A DNA stretch of 61,527 bases, filler included, from Choristocarpus tenellus KU-1152 (Eukaryota; Protista; Phaeophyceae): assembly GCA_964200185.2 (NCBI GenBank). It is 12 parts of 12 records of this genome, joined end to end, with 100 filler letters (N's around TTAATTAATTAA, not from the genome) between each part and the next. Parts side by side here need not be neighbours in the genome. Positions count along the whole stretch, not along the records: positions 51,145 to 55,234 come from CAXNAD020016277.1; positions 55,335 to 57,943 come from CAXNAD020026305.1; positions 58,044 to 61,527 come from CAXNAD020019720.1; 9 more parts are not named here. One strand, written 5' to 3'. Below the pieces are notes generated by a model, which saw only the letters and a program-made list of their open reading frames with translations, searched no databases and had not been told where the DNA came from. Positions 53,828-61,527 of the stretch are shown here, in pieces. Positions within the stretch are counted from its first letter, which is position 1, and each line of letters begins with the position of its first letter. A program made the translations under genes and the position numbers.

Positions 53828-54647
53828 CACTACCTGCTGCCGAATCGAGCAACCTTGGAGCTGGGAGAGCAGAGTATGCTGCCCCAGAGACAATGGCAGA
53901 TGCGAGGGTTCTGGAGGGAAGGGCAAGAGGTTACTCCCTAGAGGGAGACCTCTATAGCCTGGCGGTTGTTGCCATGGAGGGTCTTCTCTTCCAGACCCCT
54001 TTTGGTGGAGATGTGAGCCCCTGGTGTCAAGGATGGGTAGTGAGGGGTATGTTGCTTCTGATGCAGGGTCACCGTTGTGTTTGTTGCTCCGCCTGATATT
54101 GTATGACACTACTCCAGAAAACAATGCGAGGAATGTTGTATGTGCACATATCGAGGGTGAGAATGGCCATTGTATGGGGGCAGCTTAGTGAGTCCATTGC
54201 ATCCACAAGTTTGCATTGTAGGTGTGGAGAGTACTCTCAGGGAAAATAAGAAGAATATGATTATGGCGGTGCTCCTTCTGTATGAGGCAGAAAGGCAACA
54301 ATACACTTACACCAAGGTTAACGTATTTCCAACCAAGAGGTAGGCCAGTGCTTTCATTGGAGAATTGAGAACAGCAAGCGTGAAATGTATGCCTCACATT
54401 TTCTCCTGAGATTAGCTGCATGTCCATGGTGCATCCTCTTCTCCCTCCAATGTAGGTTCTGTATGGCGCCGGATCAACCTACCTCGACATGTTGAAGGTA
54501 GACAGGGAGGATGCCAAGGAGATAGTGGCAGAGGCCCAGGAAGACCTAAACATGCTCGGGGATGTAGGGTCTCGAGTTGATCTGGAGAAGCTGCCTGGGA
54601 CTGCGCAGGATGTTGTAGAGGCACAAGATATGCTGAATGAGGCCAAG
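53828..54647 (+). CDS. Protein-kinase-like exons (subdomains VIII-IX plus a following helical exon); gene or pseudogene fragment
   Basis: Exon 53828-54012: GAGRAEYAAPETM...GYSLEGDLYSLAVVAMEGLLFQTPFGGD (APE and DxYSL...E...PF motifs). Phase-0 join to exon 54456-54647: VLYGAGSTYLDMLKVDREDAKE...NEAK. Possible upstream exon 53039-53095: YPKILYVHECDYKWDSLQ. Confidence 0.6.
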
Positions 54648-55234
54648 GTGAAGTTGTACCTTATCATAAAAAACAGTACAAATGTGGAAGATCAAAGAGT
54701 TTCAAGAGGGTTACGTTAGATACCTCTCCGAGAATATCGGGATGGGACAAGCCTACCCAGTGTATCTTTCCCCAGGATTGGTCTTTCATCAATAGGATGG
54801 GCACAAACGGTCAGGTACATGGCGAGGGAAATTGGGAGGGCACAATAGATATACCTTCTCTGGGCGACCCCTCAACCTCCGCCACCTGTTCACTCGATGA
54901 ACACAAAACAGCTTGTATATATTACACATGAAAACAAATGAAGGACTAAGACCAGCACAAAGCGCACATCATTAAATGGGGTAACCAACCACAAAAAAAT
55001 ACAGGAAACAAGCACCGCTTACAGAGTGGTACCCCTACTCATGCATCCTATTGATGAAAGACCAATCCTGAGGAAAGATACGCTGGGTAGGCTTGTCCCG
55101 CCCCAATATTCTTGGAGAGGTATCTAATGTAACCATCTCGACACTCTTTGATCTTCCACATGCCTGCTGCTCCTTTATGATCAGGCGCAACTTCCCCTTG
55201 GCCTCATTCAGAATGTCCTGTGCCTCTACAACAT
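54610..55234. repeat. Long imperfect inverted repeat (arms 54610-54799 and 55044-55234)
   Basis: The right arm is the reverse complement of the left with scattered substitutions, e.g. CAGGATTGGTCTTTCATCAATAGGATG / CATCCTATTGATGAAAGACCAATCCTG. It runs into the contig end. Confidence 0.92.
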
Positions 55235-55676
55235 NNNNNNNNNNNNNNNNNNNNNNNNNNNNNNNNNNNNNNNNNNNNTTAATTAATTAANNNNNNNNNN
55301 NNNNNNNNNNNNNNNNNNNNNNNNNNNNNNNNNNGTCGTGGAGGGAAAGAGGGGAGATCTCGGTGGTGGCCGTATCACTAAAAAAAAAAATGAGAGGGTG
55401 GTTAGTGTCTTCGCAGAGGCGAGTCAAAGTATCTTAGGGGGTGCTCCGACCTGTGGAGTGGAGTGGGTGGGGTGTGAGTTTTGGCCCGGAATATTGTGTG
55501 GTGAGAAGAGATGGAGTTGGGCTGCAGTGGCGTTATTTAGACGGGTTATGAGCCCACCAGGTGGGTGTCTTTGGCTGGTGAGGGTGATGTAAGTGCGATT
55601 GAAAAGCGTGGGAATGGGTAGGTGTGTGTTCCACAGTAGGGGCATATGAGAGGGTGGTTAGTGTCTTCGCAGAGGC

Positions 55677-55927
55677 GAGTCAAAGTATCTTAGGGGGTAG
55701 GGTCGCGTCCATTTGGGGGACAAAATCCAATGCTGCGATTTTGATGTAATTTTGGCTATCTTGTTTGTTAGGAAGTGTCAATATCCTTGTACACCTTTTC
55801 ATAACGTATACATTTTACCTGCTCCGAAACATTTTGGAGTAGGAAAATGTCATTAGAAAAACTCGGGAAGCCAAGCCCCAGATGGACAAACAGGGCAGAA
55901 CTCGTACCCTCTAAGATACCTTCACTC
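55677..55927. mobile_element. MITE family B, AGGC target-site duplication
   Basis: aggc-GAGTCAAAGTATCTTAGGGGGTAG...TACCCTCTAAGATACCTTCACTC-aggc. Confidence 0.92.
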
Positions 55928-58043
55928 AGGCTAACCATGCAGTTGAGGTGGAGCGAGCACCCACAAGGGAGGGTGCCTTGGTGGTCTGGGGGAAGAGACT
56001 CTAGATAGCTTGGGCAGGGAGGGAAAGAAGGGGGAGGGGTGGAGGACGATTATGTGCAGATGGATTCCAGCACGACTTTGGTTCCCACACTCCTCTCCAT
56101 GGCAGCGTAGTAGTGTTCTGGGCTGTCAGGGGTGCAGCAGGTGGGGCAAGGGACGGGATGCAGGGGCTGGGCACGGAGGTATAGAGTTGAGGCACAGTCC
56201 AGATCAATTAGGTGTGCGCAGGAGAAAGGAAGTACTGGCCGTTGTATCTGGGAAAAACAGATCGCACAGTGTTCCGGTGTGAGCTGACGTGGTTGTTGAG
56301 GTGGTCGTGGGTTGGGTTCACCAGTGGGGGAGGCTGGCCGTCAAATCCCATTAATACTTCTTATCATCGTCTCCTCGTATCCTTTATGGAGGGAACTTTA
56401 TCTGCAATGAAATGCTAACAATATTTTGTTGACCGTTGCGATCTAGAAGAATCTTCATCACATACATTCTGACACAATAACAAAAGAATAGGGTTCTGCA
56501 GTAGGACAAGAATATAGTGTTCGATATCGGCTTGAAAACGCTAACAGTGCACGTACATGTGCACTACTCGAAAGAAAATTAGGCTTCATTTCAACGATAC
56601 CCTATAGACCAACCACAGGAACTGATCTATGATGGCTTGTAAGGACTCCACCCCACGTTGCGGTTTACACCTCTGTTATTCGTTTAAGGAGTGGGCACAG
56701 GTGTTGTGAAGGACCACATATGGTTCAAACATCAAATAAGGCAAACGCCTCACCTATGTTAGGAAAACCCTCCGTATTCTGTGTACAGCCCCAGGAGTGT
56801 CGAACTAGAGTAGGCATGAAAAATCCATTTCAGTTCCGTCTCGAAAAACGCGACGGTCAAAGCAACTTCATACTAGGAATTTTCCTAGTGGGTTTTAAAA
56901 CTCCGAAGTGGGTTCAAGAATTCGCTGTTCTTTGTAACACCAGAATATTCTGGCAGTGTCTACCCATGGGTTGACAGACACAGAAATTGAAATGTCAAGC
57001 AATTCCAACCACCTAGAATAGATTCAATACAATTCCATTGTTGCTGTTGTATGTAATGAAAATGCTCTAGAGCTATTTGCTGCGGAAACACACTGAATGT
57101 TTGAGGTTAGAGTGGGATACTGAAACCCAGTTGAAATTTCCTATCATTTGTTTGGGGGCTGGTGAGTTCTGCGAGACAGGACTGAAACGAAGTTATCTTA
57201 TGCAGACTACTGTAGTTTGTGGCTAGTGGGGAACTTGTTGAAAGGGGGCCTTATCTTGCGTGGTGTGGTGCACCTTTGTGCAATCGATTATTGGCATTTA
57301 AGATGTGTCATACCCCTGTCGCTCAATAATGATGCCTGTTGTAAATTTTTTTTGTAACTCGTTATATTTTGTGTGAACCGGTGTTCTTTATTGTATCATG
57401 ACTACCACTACTAGTAGTAGGACTACAACTTCTACTACCAGTACGATTTGCAATTACTGATACATCATATCGGTAAGGAGAACAAAAACAGAAGTGACCT
57501 AGGGGGGGAGAGGGTCAGGACTGTGTTCTATTTCATAAAAAAAAATTGAAAATGAACAAGGTGAGGTAAAATAGATGTTGGATTTGTGTTGATTTTTTTT
57601 TTAACTGTCAACTCTTTTTTTTTAAAGCACGTGAGAAAAATGCCTGCGGCCTTTTATGCATTTCTGCACGAACGAGATTGTAAATTGTTTTGATTAATTT
57701 TTCTGACAGTTAACTACTCTGGACTGATGCAAGGGATGTAAGGTTCTAATGTGTGAGGTCCTAAATCGGTAAGAAAAAAACATGAAGTTATGGCACCAAG
57801 GCTGGAGCAGGAAGAGGGTAAGAAGAAGGGGTCTTTTTTTTTGTCTGGCTCTGCACGGAATTAAAGTTAGGAGCATGAATCTACCGTACACACTTTTTGT
57901 GTCAAAGAGGCAAGAACAGGTACTAGATAGAGGGGGGGGGGAGNNNNNNNNNNNNNNNNNNNNNNNNNNNNNNNNNNNNNNNNNNNNTTAATTAATTAAN
58001 NNNNNNNNNNNNNNNNNNNNNNNNNNNNNNNNNNNNNNNNNNN

Positions 58044-61000
58044 ATGATTCTTTGAAATTGCCAAGGGGCATTTGATATCCCAAAGGGCATTCTCTTAAAA
58101 ACGTATTTGCCCCTGGACGTGACTAAAGCGGTTTTATCAATGTCATCCTCAGCAACAGGAATTTGCCAATATGCACTCTGAATATCTCAAACGGTGATAA
58201 ATTTGGCACCCCCAACAGTATCAACATGAGACTCTATATCAGGCATAGGCCAAGACTGTCGAACAAGGTGTTTGTTAACAGTTGACCTATAGTCTACACA
58301 GAATCGTGGGGAGCCATCAGATTTGGCCACAATAGTAACAGGACTACCCCAAGGGCTGGCACGTTTTTCAATAATGCCTTGCTCTTCCATAGTATTAACA
58401 CACGAGTCAATTACTTGTTGAGTACGGGGGTTTGCTCTGTAAGGGTTCCTGTCAACAGGTTTGATACCAGGCTCTATAGGAATTTCGGCTTCAGCTAGGG
58501 TACATCTGCCTAATTCTGCTGTATTCAACGAAAATACCGGTCTATAACGGACACAGAGGTCTAAGAGTTGAGGCACTTGTGACTGATTGAACGTGGTATC
58601 TTTGAATGCATTTGACTTGGTGAAGGCTTGATGTAACTCCTCTCTAGCTTTACTGAATGGAGCAGAATCCGTATTTCGAGCACTAACAGTAATTGGTACC
58701 TGATCTGAAATAGGGGTTAATTGACCTATCACAAGATGCTTCCTGATACGTACTTTCCGTGTTGTTGGATTTGCTAGTTGAACCAATACTTGACCAATTA
58801 CTGAGAGTGCGAGCAGCTATGATACGGTTCCATGGATGTGTAGGTTCAGAGGTTTGATCTACAGCAGGCATGGAATGTATGACTGGCTCCACTACTACAG
58901 CAGTATCCAATGACGGACTAGTATCAGTGGTGCAACGTACGATGATTTCATGACCAGCTGGTATGTTATACTGTTTATGTACACGAACAGGTACAGGGTC
59001 AAAATAATGTTGCACACTCACCACAGAACACGAAGGAGTTGTACTTGTATCGCTTACTTGAGTGGGGCTCCTTGTCACGTGATGTCTTGCTGAAATGGTA
59101 CACGAACTGTTGTGAAATGAAGACGTTGTTCTTGCCAATCAAGGATTGCACCGAAGGTCTGCATAACACTATTATCAAGCAGAATTTTATCGGGGCCAAG
59201 TTGGGGAATCACTAAAGCTTCAACTGGCAATGTGGTGTCACCAAGTGTAAGTGCAAAACGAATAAACCCACGAATATGCAAAGGTGAACCATTTGCTGCA
59301 CGTAGATTTATTGCACCAGGTGGGACAGGATGCACATCAAAACGTTTCAGTTGAGGGTGATTGGGAACAAATATTTCAGAAATACATGGTACATCATTGG
59401 CTGTGTCAATTGTCAAGTCATTTTCCTCTTGTTCTTCAACGGTGCCAGATACACGAACTCTTTGTGATTAAAACGACAAAGGTTTGGGCATGGATGGGTA
59501 TCTGCACAAAGAACTGTTGAACCAAGTTTCATTATTATTACACGAGTTTGGTTGAACTAACGGCAAAGAAAAATGCTAAGTGACACGTGTGCAGGCAATA
59601 AACGATGCCTACGGGGCAAGAGGTACGACTGGCGTCAACCTCTGACGCTTGCCACTCCCTACGATGGTGTCAACAACAACACCATTGCTGTTCCCAAGTG
59701 GACAGGAGTCAAATCCACTTGGGCATCCCTAGGGACGCGGACCATAATGTCCAGGTGTTGACTCACTGTCCTCACGAACACGAACACGTCTGCCGCGACC
59801 CCTGCCTTTACGACGCAAGAATGGGTTCCGAGCACCCCGCGGATTGTCTAGGCATGACTGGGTTATGTCACTCTCACGAGTCGCTGCCTGACAACTCGGG
59901 TACTCGCACGCACTATTTTGCTGATCCATAGGGTACGTCGGACTGGATGGTGAGGCTGAGTACTGCAACGTGTCTTGGGGTCGTGTTGGTCTGTCAAAGT
60001 GCACGGCTGAGGGAGGTGGACCCGCTGACGACCGAGCTGGGGCCCTGTTGAGGGTTGCCTCCCCTGCTCGGTGACGTTCCACCTCCGTACGTAGCCTTTG
60101 GCACTCACGTTGGGATTGCTCAAGTTCACTACGAGGAACCTGTCCGCGACGAGAATTGTGAGTAACAGAACTTGTGTAAGTCATGGGGTTGGGGTTATGG
60201 CCAGACAAATGGTTAGCTTCATGCCGTTCGGCACGGTCACGAGTTTGTGCTAACAAGGTGGCAGGTTCGTCCTGCAAATCTGTTCAAGACAAATCGCAGG
60301 GAGTAAGCCATCTTCCATCAGCGTAATCTTCAGTTGCTCGACAAGCAAAGCTTTGGTGTCAACTGCATCTGAGGACGATGTTGTGCGATGAACATCATCC
60401 AGAAAACGATTCATTGCAGTGGTGCAACGTAAAGTATACTGATCAACAGATTCATTCCCCCCCTGTTTCAGAGACGTTAGTCGACGCACTGATACACTTA
60501 CAGCATGGGCAGGAGTAAACGCAGTGATAAGGGCTTTCTGGACATCATTCCATGTCTTTGGTGGTGTAATGGGGATGGGAATGTCAAGAGACTGCTGCAA
60601 CCGAGCCAGATCACTGGTTGAACGCCACTCCACTGTGCCTGCCAACGCCTGAAAGTTAAAGGTTTCAGCTGGTCCTTGAAGAATTTTCGGTAAAAATTCT
60701 ACACATCGAGCCTTGATTGTCTCAGGGGATGCGGTACCACACTGTCTAGAGTGCAAGGAAATCGCCACATGCCATCTTGAAAACAAGAGTGGTAAATTTT
60801 CCTCTCCCGAACCTATAATGACAAGACCAGATGGTATTTCCGAAGCGGAAAACATGAAACGGCTCGCTTCTGGTATTGATGATGGGCGTGCGACGCTGCT
60901 ACTTTGTTCAACAGTTCTTACATGATCGGAGTCCATTCCCCGAGCATGCAGTTTCATGAGGTCCTGAAGCCATCTAGGAGGCACAGTGTTTGTCCTGGCG

Positions 61001-61527
61001 CACTCGTTAATGTGGTGTGCGATGAACGATGGCACAGAGTCCCCAAACTGTGCCTGTGACGTGGCCACCTCACAAGTAGTTGAACTTGGGGGTGGGACTG
61101 ATTCTCCCTGGAAGAGGACCCAATGAGTGTCACGGTCGCCCGATCTAACACAATACTCTAGGGTCGACAACATGGGTTCGACATTTGCCTGTCGATCTGC
61201 GAAAGGGGAAGGGGGGGATCCACAGCACTGTTCAGCAAGTGTGGTAGTACTGGATGACGTGGAGTGAATACTCGACACGTCAGAACCGACGTGGGTGGAA
61301 GACTTCATGTCTTCCACTGATTCGTGATCTTGCGCCTCTTCTTGTACTCTTGGTGGCGTCAGGTCTGGGGTTCTCTGCTCTTGGGCCCTCCGTCTTCGTC
61401 TCGATCTAGAGTTTAGCATCTTTCCTCCACGGTCAAACAGAAATGCCCCGTCCCCCTATTTCTGGGGACACCGGTGTCGCTAATGTGAATCGTGTGATTC
61501 TGTGGCGGTGTGGTTCACTCAGGCAAG
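58044..61527 (-). mobile_element. Ty3/Gypsy LTR retrotransposon, 5' portion, decayed (LTR end, PBS, gag, protease, start of RT)
   Basis: LTR 3' end at 61484-61527 (ends CA on the minus strand). Gag at 61419-60250, continuing by frameshift to 59729 (TWNDVQKALITAF...LTSLKQGGNESVDQYTLR). Protease at about 59416-59075 (TIDTA...LRAANGSPL...ILLDN). RT at 58786-58044 (PYRANP...IIEKRASPWGSPVTIVAKSDGSPRFCVDYR...WPMPDI...*DIQSAYWQIP...KTA...RMPFGISNAP). Frameshifts and an in-frame TGA at 58187. Confidence 0.95.
61471..61482 (-). other. Primer-binding site of the Gypsy element
   Basis: TAGCGACACCGG lies 1 nt after the LTR-terminal CA. Canonical TGG appears as TAG. Confidence 0.6.

Noticed and set aside
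58185-58190. TGA in RT as programmed readthrough or a variant genetic code
   Set aside because: The element also has several frameshifts, and the intact host genes show no in-frame TGA, so ordinary decay explains it.

Overview
This is eukaryotic genomic DNA. It is not one locus: 12 short contigs are joined by artificial 100-nt spacers (44 N + TTAATTAATTAA + 44 N) at 9022, 12687, 18020, 23663, 30234, 34110, 41087, 44944, 51045, 55235 and 57944, so adjacency across a spacer carries no biological meaning. Long GT-AG introns, TTAGGG-like tracts and the protein sequences suggest a stramenopile, probably a brown alga or close relative (inference). Partial spliced genes that can be reconstructed by eye: an insulysin-type M16A peptidase (minus, 1-8645); an unknown 5-exon gene with two in-frame TGA codons (18289-22106); a coiled-coil kinesin-14-like gene with a degenerate motor (24001-29671); a head-to-head pair of a possible RFTS-domain gene and proteasome ATPase RPT3 around a CpG-rich promoter (45815-50734); and kinase-like exons (53828-54647). 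One complete intronless gene encodes a secreted precursor with an RRRLL site and an 8-Cys C-terminal domain (38071-38691). Repeats are dense: two related MITE families sharing a CAAAGTATCT TIR core, clustered 5'-truncated RLE-type non-LTR retrotransposons, a decayed Gypsy element with PBS and LTR, and mariner and Copia-like remnants. The strongest leads are the apparently sequence-specific retrotransposon (AATATACT in its target-site duplications), the Cys-rich peptide precursor, the pseudo-motor kinesin and a CpG-island-like signature. All calls come from reading the sequence; no database search was run.
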